DNA of 37,276 nucleotides from Deltaproteobacteria bacterium (lineage in GTDB: Bacteria > Myxococcota > Myxococcia > Myxococcales > 40CM-4-68-19), in the NCBI GenBank assembly GCA_005879505.1, contig VBKQ01000140.1, forward strand, positions 1-37,276. Direction: 5' to 3'. Below are positions 8,653 to 18,123 of this stretch, piece by piece. Under the pieces are notes generated by a model. It made no database searches. It saw nothing but the letters and a program-made list of their open reading frames with translations, and had not been told where the DNA came from. A program made the translations under genes and the position numbers. Every line of letters begins with the position of its first letter. Position 1 is the first letter of the stretch.

Positions 8653-8802
8653 TCAGACGCCACGGCGACTCTGAAGCAGCCGGATGACGAGGACGACCAA
8701 CGCCAGCACCAGCAGGATGTGAAGCAATCCACCCATCGTGTGGGCAGTGAGCAAGCCCACTACCCACAACACCAGGAGAAGCACCGCCAGGGTCCACAAC
8801 AT
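8653..8802 (-). CDS. lmo0937-family small membrane protein (49 aa)
   Basis: Hand-translated: MLWTLAVLLLVLWVVGLLTAHTMGGLLHILLVLALVVLVIRLLQSRRGV. A GAGGTGG sequence lies upstream. It is too short for the ORF track. The pattern matches the widespread two-TM lmo0937 family (recognised from memory). Confidence 0.65.
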   Translation of the reverse strand: MLWTLAVLLLVLWVVGLLTAHTMGGLLHILLVLALVVLVIRLLQSRRGV

Positions 8803-8949
8803 TGCGCCACCTCGCTTTCTCGACGAGACAAGCTCCCGTGCCGCAGAATCGCCGCCCCGGATTGGGCATTCGACGGCAACGGCCGTGACGACTGTGCTGA
8901 ACAGCGCCTATCTGTCACTACTCTCTTTTGTTCCAACTTCCTATGCGCT

Positions 8950-10980
8950 TCAATGAGCTCGAGCCGCGTGCCGGAAACGTTCGATGGCCTCGGGCGCGCC
9001 GAGGACGATCAGCCGATCGCCCCTCTTCGGAACGTAGTCGACAGGCATGTCTTCGACGCTCGCAGCGTCTGCGCGGCGCAGTGCAACGGCGATGATCCCC
9101 AGTCGCGTTCGCAACAATGTGAGATCGAGCCGCGTCCCGCGCAGCGCCTTCGGGACGGCGATCTCCTCGATGCGGCGGTCAGGCGGCAGCTCGAAGAAGT
9201 CCTCTCCCGCGGCGCCGCCTTCGAAGCGTACCACGCGCGTCAGCAATACATCTCGCTGTAGGATCTCGCGGTCTAGTGCTCCCAGCAGCGTGCGCCGGGT
9301 GACGATTCCGAGCAGTCGCCGCGACGGGCCTGGATCCACGACCGGGACTTCCCCCCAGTCCGTGCTCCACAGCTTCTCGCTCAGATCGAGGAGCGTGTCG
9401 TTGGGGCGGACGACTGTGACCTCGTGAGCTGCTTCTCCGCACGTCGCCCCGACTATCCTCTCCATCCCCCATAGGCGCTTCGCGTCATGCAGGTCAAGTG
9501 CGCGCAGTGGATCGCCGCGCACGTACACGACGCGCGTGTTGGGCTCGGCAAGCAGCGCCAGCGCCTCCGAGATCGGTGTGTCCGGCTCGAGACACGGTGG
9601 ATCCATAGTCAGGATGTCCCGGGCCGAGACCGCAAGTGCGAGCCGCTCGGTGAGACTTCCCCGCCACGGGATGCCGCGCAGACGCAGTTCTTCGGTGTAT
9701 ACCGAGTCGATTCGGAGCTGACGCGACAGCAGCGCGGCGAGGCTCGTGGCAGCGAGCAACGGGATGACGATGGAGTAGTCGCCTGAGAGCTCGAAGCCTA
9801 AGGCCGCGGCCATGAGCGGCGCGTGGGTGGTGGCGGCGATCATTGCCGCCATCCCTGCGAGTGCATAGCCGCCTGCCACGGCCGTGGAAGCCCGCGCGGC
9901 GAGGACGTGCGGCACCGCGCTCCCGATCAGGCCGCCCAGCATCGCGCCCAGGAACATCGAGGGTGTGAACACGCCGCCGGGGCTACCGGACGAAACGGAG
10001 GCAATGGTCGCGACCGCTTTCGCCACGAGGAGCACGGCGAGGATCGAGCCGGCGATCTTCGCATCGAGAACGAGTTGGATCGCCTCGTAGCCATTTCCGG
10101 GAATCTGCGGCAGACGAAGGGCAAGCACGCCCACGACGAGGCCGCCGAGCGCCCCACGCACGGGTCGCGGAAGAGGCCAGGCGCGCACCGCTCGCTCTGC
10201 TCTTGAGAGACCAGAGAGGAATAGTGCCCCGACGGCGCCCGCGAGCAGGCCCAAGGCGCAGTAGCTCGCCAGCTCCTCTTGGGTGACCAGCGCAAACGTC
10301 CGCTGCCCGTAGAGTGGGCCCCCGCCCAGCGCCAGGCGCGTCAGCGTGGTCGAAACGGCGGTGGCGATGACGACGGGCACCACCACCTCAAGCCCTAGGA
10401 CCCCGGTAACGATCTCCACAACGAACAAAACAGCCGCGATGGGCGTGTTGTAGGCCGCGGCGAAGCCGGCGCCGGTTCCGGCCGCGACGAGCAGGCGTGT
10501 GTCCTTGCCGGACAGGCGCAGGAAGCGGCCAATCATGGAGCCGGAGCCAGCCCCCAACTGGATGATCGAGCCTTCGCGGCCGATGGACCCGCCGGTAGAG
10601 AGCGCGATCAGGGAGGCGGCGCTCTTGAGCAGCACCGGCGGGAGGCGGATCTTCCCCCGTCCAAGCGCCACCGATTCCAGGATCTCGGCAACCCCTTGGC
10701 CCCGGGCGCTTCGCGCTGCCAGCAGACCGACGGCCGCCGCTGTGGCTCCTCCGAGCGCCGGGACGACAAGGCGCATCGGCAGCGCCATGGCAGTGAAGCC
10801 CTGCAGCACGTCCGCGTTTCCGACTACGAGCCGCAGCCCGTGATGGAGCGCGAGGCGAAATGCGATCGCAAAGGCGGCGGCGAGCGCTCCCACCGCGACA
10901 GCGGCACTCGCATACGAAACCTCGCGCTGCCACCTGAAAAGCATCCAGGAATGGTCTGCAAGTCGCGCCACCCCGTCCAA
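8950..10980 (-). CDS. ClC-family chloride channel / Cl-/H+ antiporter with C-terminal CBS pair and RCK_C (TrkA-C)-like domain
   Basis: ClC selectivity motifs GSIGREGSIIQLGA and GGVFTPSMFLGA are present. The C-terminal part has CBS-like repeats and a TrkA-C-like end (RGDRLIVLGAPEAIERF). Confidence 0.92.
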   Translation of the reverse strand: MDGVARLADHSWMLFRWQREVSYASAAVAVGALAAAFAIAFRLALHHGLRLVVGNADVLQGFTAMALPMRLVVPALGGATAAAVGLLAARSARGQGVAEILESVALGRGKIRLPPVLLKSAASLIALSTGGSIGREGSIIQLGAGSGSMIGRFLRLSGKDTRLLVAAGTGAGFAAAYNTPIAAVLFVVEIVTGVLGLEVVVPVVIATAVSTTLTRLALGGGPLYGQRTFALVTQEELASYCALGLLAGAVGALFLSGLSRAERAVRAWPLPRPVRGALGGLVVGVLALRLPQIPGNGYEAIQLVLDAKIAGSILAVLLVAKAVATIASVSSGSPGGVFTPSMFLGAMLGGLIGSAVPHVLAARASTAVAGGYALAGMAAMIAATTHAPLMAAALGFELSGDYSIVIPLLAATSLAALLSRQLRIDSVYTEELRLRGIPWRGSLTERLALAVSARDILTMDPPCLEPDTPISEALALLAEPNTRVVYVRGDPLRALDLHDAKRLWGMERIVGATCGEAAHEVTVVRPNDTLLDLSEKLWSTDWGEVPVVDPGPSRRLLGIVTRRTLLGALDREILQRDVLLTRVVRFEGGAAGEDFFELPPDRRIEEIAVPKALRGTRLDLTLLRTRLGIIAVALRRADAASVEDMPVDYVPKRGDRLIVLGAPEAIERFRHAARAH

Positions 10981-11037
10981 CCGCTCGACCCCAGACCTGT
11001 TCAGACTCGCACGGCCATGCGCGCCACCGTGACCCGC

Positions 11038-12560
11038 TCATGCTGTGCCCGCGCGCCGCGCGGCCGGAATGAAGAGGGCCACCGCGCACGCCGCGTGATG
11101 GAGCACGAATTCGACGGTATTCCCGAGAAACATTCGGCGTCCGAGCAAACGCGGGATGGCGCCGAGCACGATGAGATCCGCCTGATTTTCCTGAGCCGCC
11201 GCGAGAACGGCCCTTCCGGCGGAGCGCGAAACCTTGACGTGCGACTCGACGCGCACACCGTGCTGCTCGCCAAGCGTGGCCAATCCGGTGACGACGCGCG
11301 CGCCGATGGCCCGCACGTTCTCTTGCAGAGTGTTCTCGACGGCCAGTGTCTCGACAATGTGAAGCACGTCGATCTGCGCTCCCACCGTCTTGGCATAGAG
11401 CACCGCCAGCTCCGCGGCGCCGCGGGCGGCGAAGCCCCCCGCGGTCGGGACGAGGATGCGATTGAATGTCCGAGGAAGGACTCTCCCGATAGCACAACGG
11501 CATCGGCGCGTCCCTGCTCCAAGACTGCAGTGAGGATGCGGTTTGCGACCATGCGCCGGCGACCCGCACCGAGGAACACGAGGTCGTATCCACGGCGCAG
11601 CTCCTCGCGAATCGACTCCACCGGCGAGGGCGAAACGATGAGCTGCGGATGGCAATCGGGCAGTCTCTCCTCGGCCGCAAAGGTCTCGAATGCGTGCTGG
11701 CTCTCCTCCTTCGTCAGGACGGCTCGGCGCTGAAGGAGAGATGTCCGGCGCGATGCATCGTCCTCCGGAACCACCGAGACAACGACCATCGTGGCGTCCG
11801 GCAGCCGTGCGACCGGCGCGGCGAAGCGCATTGCCTGGTACGATCGTGGCCCGCCGCTCAGTCCTACCAGGATCTTGGTGCCGGTCCGCTTGATGACCGC
11901 CTTCTCGTCCTCAGCCTCGCGATCCAGCCGTGAGGCCTCATCCGGCTCGGGTTTGACGGCGCCAGCGGCCAGCCTGAGCAACAACGGCGTGGTGAAACTG
12001 GTGACGATGGGAACGAGCACGATGGTTGCGTAGATCGTCTGCGATAGCACTCGCAGATCGAGCCCAATACGCGCCACCACCAGCTCCATCGAGCCGCGCG
12101 AGCTCATACCGATGCCGACCGCGAGGGCCGGCGCTAGCCGCATGCCGCCAAACTTCGCGCCCAAGCCGGCGCCGATGACCTTGCCGACGATGGCGCCGCC
12201 GATTATCAGGACGCTGATGCTCACGGGCGGCAACGCCAGCGACGTCACCCGAAGTCCAGTGTAGACGAAAAAGATCGGCGCGAAGACGCCGGTGATCACG
12301 CTGTCGAGCGCGTCGAGCGTCGCCTCCCGGACGCGCGGAGACTCCGCCACGAGCACGCCGGCCACGAAGGCGCCGAAAACGGCATGAATGCCGAGTTGCT
12401 CGGTAATCGCCGCGCAGCCGAACGTCAACACCATGATCGCGCTCGTTGTCGCATGCTCCACCCGACTCGCGGCCTGGAACCAGCAGACCGGCGGGAATTG
12501 CCTCCCCGATGGAAAATCCCAAGGCGTAAGGAATCACAATAGCGTCCTGCGCGCGGCGCT
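11038..12560 (-). pseudogene. CPA2 cation:proton antiporter fused to tandem universal-stress-protein domains; 5'-truncated with at least 2 frameshifts
   Basis: Three minus frames carry consecutive pieces. The first is IVIPYALGFSIGEAIPAGLL. The second is ...AITEQLGIHAVFGAFVAGVLV...MSSRGSMELVVA... followed by USP domain 1. The third is USP domain 2 (RILVPTAGGFAARGAAELAVLYAK...DLIVLGA...GNTVEFVLHHAACAVALF). The N-terminal TM half is absent. Confidence 0.75.
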
Positions 12561-13630
12561 GCCCACTTCGGCCATCGACGGTGTTTCCGACTTTCGCGCC
12601 GACCCCTCCGATCCGCACCGGATCTTCCTGGCTGACGCCGACGGCAGGCTGATCACGCGGCTCTCACCAGAGGATCGTCTGGAGCCGGTCAACGAAGAAC
12701 TGCGCATCGCGCCGCGCTGGATTCCGAAGGCGATCATGCTTGCGCTGCGCGGTCCGTTGCTCGATGAAAAGCAGGGCGTGGAGCGCACGGGTGAATTGAC
12801 CGTCGACGGCGAGCGATGGCTCGCGACGTTTCGGGCGCTGGCCGGATCGCAGGACTGGTTCGTGGGGATCGTGGTGCCGGAAGCGGCGTACACGCGGGAC
12901 CTGCATGCGCTGCGCTGGCGGCTCCTGATCGGGTGCGCGGTGATCAACGGGCTCGTGCTGCTCGGTGGGGGCGGCGCCTTGCTGGCGCTGCGCCGCGGTC
13001 TCGGACGTATCCGCAAGGCAGCGGCACGCATGCACAACCTGGAATGCATGTCTGCGACGACGAAGACCCCGGGCCGCGACGTGCATGAAGTGCTGAACGG
13101 CCTCGAGCAGGCGAAGACCGCGTTGCGGGGAATGGGGAAGTACGCGCCGCTCGACGTGGTGCGCGAGCTCTACGCGGCGAACCGTGAACCGGCGCTGGGT
13201 GGCGAGCTGCGCGAACTGTCGATCCTCTTTACCGACCTCGAGGGTTTCACCTCGCTGTCGGAGCGCCTCTCGCCGGACGAGCTCGCGCGGGCGCTCGGGC
13301 TCTACTTCGAAGCGATGACCGAGGCAGTGCGGAGCTGTGGCGGCACCATCGACAAGTTCATCGGCGATGCAGTTATGGCGCTCTGGAACGCACCTACGCA
13401 ACGCAGGGATCATTCGCAGCTCGCTTGCGCCGCGGTCCTCGCCTGTAGGAAGGTCACCGATCGGCTCTACCGGTCGTCGGCGTGGGCAGGACTGCCGCCA
13501 CTACGCACGCGTTTCGGCCTCCACCGCGACACCGTGATGGTGGGTCACTTCGGCGCGCCGGAGCGCTTCAGCTACACCGCGCTGGGCGACGGCGTGAACC
13601 TTGCGTCGCGGCTGGAAGGCCTGTGCAAGC
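12560..13630 (+). pseudogene. class III adenylate/guanylate cyclase with periplasmic sensor and TM/HAMP region; truncated at both ends
   Basis: The catalytic core is LSILFTDLEGFTSLSERL...GGTIDKFIGDAVMALWNAP...YTALGDGVNLASRLEGLCK. The signal and first TM are missing at the 5' side. Homology stops after GLCK at about 13630. Boundaries are good to about 30 nt. Confidence 0.8.
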
Positions 13631-14045
13631 CCACATGGTCGGTCAGGCGAAAGCGCTGGTCCGCGCCGCGCTCGACGCGCACCACACGGGCGTCTGCGCG
13701 GATCGGCAGGCGATGCCGGCTGGCGAAGTCTTCCAGGTATCGGACCAGCTCATCTGCAGGAGGGAAATACCGGTCCGAGTAGCGCGTGAATCGAACATCG
13801 TCCGAGTCGCCCAGCAGCGAGTTCCAATCCATCCGGAGGTTGATCTCGGGGTCGTCGCTGCCCGTCTCGCCCTTGTTGACGGAGATCAGCGTGCGATGTC
13901 GCGGGAAGCTGCGGAAGAAAGTTCCCGGCGCCGCGCCAGCCTCGAGGATCAACACGTCACGCCCGGCGCGCGCGAGGTGATGGCCCATCTGCAAGCCGGC
14001 TGGCCCGGCGCCGATGATCAGGTAGTCGTGTACGACAGGTTCCAT
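13631..14045 (-). pseudogene. FAD/NAD(P)-binding flavin monooxygenase-like protein, N-terminal ~135 aa only
   Basis: MEPVVHDYLIIGAGPAGLQMGHHLARAGRDVLILEAG shows a GxGxxG Rossmann fold. The reading frame runs into the convergent cyclase fragment at about 13630. Confidence 0.7.
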
Positions 14046-14129
14046 GTCACTCCCCGCAACTGGCCCGACACCAGAGGTATGGGGCCTGGAGCCCCCGGGC
14101 CTTCCCCAAAAAGGGCCCGCCCTGCGGCC

Positions 14130-15242
14130 CTACTCCTCGTCGCCATCCAGTCCGTCGATGGGCGTGAGGGTGCCAAACAGCCCATCGCTTTCGTTGTTGA
14201 TGCCGGCACTGAAGAACAAGCTGTTCGCCGGCCCCGCGTTCGCGCCATTCCCGAACGTGAGGGACCACAGGCCGTCGATGGTCACGAGCGAGTTGTCCGG
14301 GTTCCTCAGAAAGCCGATGAATTGGTGAGTAAAGCCATTGAACGCCGCCACCCAGCCGCTGCGGAAATTGCCGACCAGGACGGCATTGCTGAACTCACCG
14401 AAGTCGCGGGTGGTCCACACCACTCCCCAAGGCGCATTGAACCAGTCGCCGTGTTGCAAGCGGCCGATGTGCTTCCCCGACGGGGTGAAGAGCTCGACGA
14501 ACCCGAGACCATCGCCTCCTACGGGATCGTGCCGCGCAGCGTCCTGCTTTGCGTAGGTGACGAAGATCGTTCCGCCGATGTTTTGAACATTGAACGGTGA
14601 GAAGCCTCTGGGAATCGCATCGTCGTCGAAGGCGTCCTCGTTCAGGTGTACTCGCTTGAAGTTCGTGTCGTAGACCTCGACCTTGGCGGACCGGAAGTTT
14701 GTTACATAGAGGAATCTCCTGCCGTCGATCTCCGCGGACGTAGCGCCTTTGTAGACGGCGCCATTCGCGGAGCCTCCGTCCGAGTTGTCTACTACGAGCA
14801 CCGCGCTCTTCCCGCTGGCCCAGCCCGAGATCGTGCCGTCCTCAGTGGCGAAGATGAAATGCGCCGCCGCCCCCGGTGCAACCAGGAAGTCCGTCGGGCT
14901 TCCGTTGAAAACCACTCCGGTTGGAGCGGACTGCGCGTTCGGCGCGAATCCAGGGGGCGGAACAAGAACTGTTCCCGTCCCATTGATGGGGATGATCTGG
15001 CCAGACCCGGTATAGAGAGTCGAAGTGCCCGAGTTGTTGTTCGCCACCCACCAGGGACTGGTCGCGCTACGGGTGAGTCCCCAGGGGTTCTTCAGATTCG
15101 GGTCGGTGATCGGAGCCATCCCCGCGACGTTGGAAACGAGGTTGGTCTGGTTGTAGTGTTGGGCTCTCGCCACGACTGGGAACAGGAAGATGGAAAGGGC
15201 GAGCGCCGCCAGGTGGTTCGCGCACCGGATTGTAAATGGCAT
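14130..15242 (-). CDS. TIGR03118-family secreted beta-propeller protein
   Basis: Start MPFTIRCANHL at 15242 is preceded by GGAGGA. It has a signal peptide ending VARA. YNQTNLVSNVAGMAPITDPNLKNPWGLTRSATSPWWVANNNSGTSTLY matches the TIGR03118 N-terminal signature (recognised from memory). Confidence 0.85.
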   Translation of the reverse strand: MPFTIRCANHLAALALSIFLFPVVARAQHYNQTNLVSNVAGMAPITDPNLKNPWGLTRSATSPWWVANNNSGTSTLYTGSGQIIPINGTGTVLVPPPGFAPNAQSAPTGVVFNGSPTDFLVAPGAAAHFIFATEDGTISGWASGKSAVLVVDNSDGGSANGAVYKGATSAEIDGRRFLYVTNFRSAKVEVYDTNFKRVHLNEDAFDDDAIPRGFSPFNVQNIGGTIFVTYAKQDAARHDPVGGDGLGFVELFTPSGKHIGRLQHGDWFNAPWGVVWTTRDFGEFSNAVLVGNFRSGWVAAFNGFTHQFIGFLRNPDNSLVTIDGLWSLTFGNGANAGPANSLFFSAGINNESDGLFGTLTPIDGLDGDEE

Positions 15243-15321
15243 TTGAATCCTCCGCAAGAGTGAGAACAAGACTGTGCGCTCACACGCGCAGTCCGGTTGG
15301 ACTGTGAAAGAGAGCAGAGAC

Positions 15322-16770
15322 TCACCGATCGTCGGCGTCCCGTCCGGCGGATGCGGGGATTGCGGGACTGACGGCCACCCGCGCTCCGCTCAACACCCAG
15401 GCCCGCTGACTGGGCGAGAAGCGCGGCGCCAGCAGCCCGTCGTTGATCTCGCGCGTCACGGCAAAGCGCTCGAAAACCGTCGGCGACAGGTAGAGGCGCG
15501 TGTTGTCGGCGAAGCCGTCGGTCGGCGTGTCGATGTCTCCCTCCGGAGCGGAAATGATGCCGTCGCCGTTTTGGTCGACGCGCGTCACCTCGACGGCGTA
15601 CGCGTCGAAGAGGCGCTGCTGGAGGTTCCTCTCCCAGGGCTCGAACGACGCGCGCCGCACGTACACATCGAGGAAGATCTCGTTCGCCAGCCCGCTGGGG
15701 ATGCCGCGCTGCCGGAATTCCCGCTGCGCATCGACGGTCCCGTCGAACTTGTCCGGATCGCGCGGCAGGTTGGGATCGTCTCCCAGGCGGCGAGGATCGT
15801 TCCTCACGCCGTTGGGCCCCGAGCCCGGCACGATGGACTGCAGCTTGCCGATCTCGCCGTCGGCGAAGGTGTCGGGCGCTGCGCCCAACCGGTCCGGGAA
15901 TCCGCCGGTGAAGGGCAGTTCATAGAGGGGATGAACCCAGTTGGTTCCCAGGTAATTGAATTCCCAATAAGCGTGGGCATCGGATTGCTGCAACGCATTG
16001 AACGCGCCCATGCTCAGGTAGATCGGGACCACGTTGGTCTGCGCGTCGGGGAAGTGATCGGACGCGCCGGGGAAGCGCGGCTTCTTTCCGTCGACCGTGA
16101 AGGTGTGTCCCGGGACGTTGTTGCCGGCGCCCATCCTGGCGAGGAGCGCGGCGTCGCGGGGCAGGATGGCGCCGAAGTGGGCGTGCCCGTCGGGACGCGC
16201 GACGGGGTCGATCGCCGGCACGGTGACGTCGTGAATCATCCAGCCTTCGTACCAGCCGCTCTCGTTGTTGATGACGAACAGGCCGGAGATGTCGGTGAAG
16301 ACGTCGATGAAGGCGCGCGGGTCGGTGGGATCGGTCGGGAGGCCGGGCTTCGGCTCGAGCACGACGCGGACCGCCCCCACCACCGGCAAGCCGCAGTTTC
16401 CGCCGGTGGCAGTCAGCTGAGCGGCATCGTTCACGCCCGGAATGCGGCTGGTGAAGACGTTGGGCTCGAAGCCGGTCGAGTCGAGGAGGTAGTACTGGAA
16501 GAGTTGGCTGGCGAGATCGGCCTCGGCGCGGGCCTGCACGGGCAGAACGCTGTGCGGCCGCTCGGCCAGGCGCACCAGCTGATCGCGCAGCGGCGCGGGT
16601 AGCGGCGCGATGTCGCCACGCGCGCCAACCGCCGCAGCGTCGGCGACTGCGTCGGGATTCGGATGGCAAGGGGCGGGAGGCTGCTCGGCCCGCGCCATGG
16701 TCGTCGCCATCAGCGGCAGGAGCAGCGCCGCCCGGAGGGGGAAGGAATACATAAGCCTCGATTCAATCAT
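15322..16770 (-). CDS. secreted hypothetical protein with EF-hand-like Ca-binding loop
   Basis: The ATG at 16770 is preceded by AAGGAG and overlaps the upstream haloperoxidase-like gene by 8 nt. It has a signal peptide (LLLPLMATTMARA) and a DQNGDGIIS loop. No family was recognised. Confidence 0.75.
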   Translation of the reverse strand: MIESRLMYSFPLRAALLLPLMATTMARAEQPPAPCHPNPDAVADAAAVGARGDIAPLPAPLRDQLVRLAERPHSVLPVQARAEADLASQLFQYYLLDSTGFEPNVFTSRIPGVNDAAQLTATGGNCGLPVVGAVRVVLEPKPGLPTDPTDPRAFIDVFTDISGLFVINNESGWYEGWMIHDVTVPAIDPVARPDGHAHFGAILPRDAALLARMGAGNNVPGHTFTVDGKKPRFPGASDHFPDAQTNVVPIYLSMGAFNALQQSDAHAYWEFNYLGTNWVHPLYELPFTGGFPDRLGAAPDTFADGEIGKLQSIVPGSGPNGVRNDPRRLGDDPNLPRDPDKFDGTVDAQREFRQRGIPSGLANEIFLDVYVRRASFEPWERNLQQRLFDAYAVEVTRVDQNGDGIISAPEGDIDTPTDGFADNTRLYLSPTVFERFAVTREINDGLLAPRFSPSQRAWVLSGARVAVSPAIPASAGRDADDR

Positions 16771-18070
16771 TTTCGTTCTCCTTGGGGGAATCCGAGTTGG
16801 ACACGACGAATTCGGCGACCTTCTCGCCCAGGCGATGGCCGGCGCTGAGGTCGAACCGGAAATGCTGGCCGGCGAAGATGCGGCTCAGCGTCGCCTCGCG
16901 GGCCGCGGCGGCGAACGACTCGAAGGAGCGCTGCGTGCCGGGCAGCACCTCGGAAGTGACGCTGAAGGCGAAATCGGCCTCCTCGAGAAAGCCCTCGAGC
17001 ACGGCCGCGGCGGCAGCGCTGATGACGGCGTGCGCGCCCGGATAGGAGGGATCGGGCGCGGTCCTGCCCGCCTGCGGGAGCCAGTTCGGGTCCGCGTCCG
17101 TCTCGGGGTTGCCGTCGGTATCCGCGGCGCGAATGGCGGTCACCGGCCGCCAGAAGGCATAGGTGTACTTCGCGTCGTAGAAGGCGATGACCGAGTCCGC
17201 GATCGCGACATCGAGCAGCGCGAACAGGCGCGCCGTTTCCGCCGTGGTCAGGCCGCGGCTCAATGCCGCCGTCTGCGCGATCTCGTTCCAGTAGTTCTGG
17301 ATGGCGCCGTTCCAGAATCGGCCGGTCAGCGCCTGGTCCGCGGACGCGGGGGAGCCGCTTGCGGTGCCGAGGGACTTGATCTCGTTGAGGGCGTCGGCGT
17401 ACGCGTCGCTCTCCAGCGCGGGAGGCGGGCCGGGCCGAAACTGGCTCGCGCGCTCCAGGGCGAACGGCTTGACGTGCGGCCAGCTCGTGAACTGCGGCTG
17501 GGAGGGGAAGTTCGGCGGAGTCGACTGATATGCGCCGGGGAGCGTTCCGAAGGTAAACTTGAGCGGCGGCGCCGCGGAGCCGTCGTCGGCACGCGCGGCG
17601 AGGACGCGGCCGGCGAAGTCCTGCCCGATGCGGACGCCCTCGGTCTTCGGCGCGCCGTCCGGAACCTGCGCCAGCGATTGCTGGAGCTGGGTGTCGAGCT
17701 GCGCCGCGAGCGATGGGTACAGCGCGACGAGGACGTCGTGCGCAGCCGCTGCAGCCGCGGCCTCCTGCGAGGCTTCCCGCGAAGACGCGCGAATCAGGCG
17801 CGGCGTCCGGTCAATGGAATGGACCGCGTCGCGGATCGCCAGATGGAGCATGGCGAAGGTGCGCGTCGGATGGATGGTCGCCGGCTGGGCGCCGGGCGTA
17901 CGGACGATGCGAAGCAGCGCCCGGTTCCACTCCACCACGAGGTTGGCCGGCTCCTGCGTCTCCGCAGTGGAAACCGCCGGACGTCCCTGCGCCAAGGCTC
18001 TGGCGGGAGGATTGCTGCACGCGGCAGCGAGCGCTGCAAAGTGAATCGCGATCAGCGACGTTCGATTCAT
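16763..18070 (-). CDS. vanadium-dependent haloperoxidase-like / PAP2-superfamily lipoprotein (paralog 1)
   Basis: Start MNRTSLIAIHFAALAAACS carries a lipobox. PAP2/V-HPO motifs are present: KYTYAFWRP (KxxxxxxRP), PSYPGAHAV (variant of PSGH) and SRIFAGQHFRFD (SRxxxxxHxxxD). The track ORF N-terminus is an over-extension. Confidence 0.85.
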   Translation of the reverse strand: MNRTSLIAIHFAALAAACSNPPARALAQGRPAVSTAETQEPANLVVEWNRALLRIVRTPGAQPATIHPTRTFAMLHLAIRDAVHSIDRTPRLIRASSREASQEAAAAAAAHDVLVALYPSLAAQLDTQLQQSLAQVPDGAPKTEGVRIGQDFAGRVLAARADDGSAAPPLKFTFGTLPGAYQSTPPNFPSQPQFTSWPHVKPFALERASQFRPGPPPALESDAYADALNEIKSLGTASGSPASADQALTGRFWNGAIQNYWNEIAQTAALSRGLTTAETARLFALLDVAIADSVIAFYDAKYTYAFWRPVTAIRAADTDGNPETDADPNWLPQAGRTAPDPSYPGAHAVISAAAAAVLEGFLEEADFAFSVTSEVLPGTQRSFESFAAAAREATLSRIFAGQHFRFDLSAGHRLGEKVAEFVVSNSDSPKENEND

Positions 18071-18123
18071 CGGGTACCTCGAGAGGGATTGAGTGGAGTC
18101 GAAGCGGAAATCCGCAAATGCGA

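Noticed and set aside
10388-11733. 430-aa minus and 345-aa plus ORFs spanning the ClC/USP boundary
   Set aside because: They are shadow ORFs that overlap motif-bearing ClC and USP frames. No recognisable domains are present.
14611-14636. Another GGAAT-N18-GTC match (plus strand)
   Set aside because: It lies inside and antisense to the TIGR03118 coding sequence, lacks the extended GGGAAT(A/G)A context and has no downstream gene. It is consistent with the 1-2 chance hits expected.
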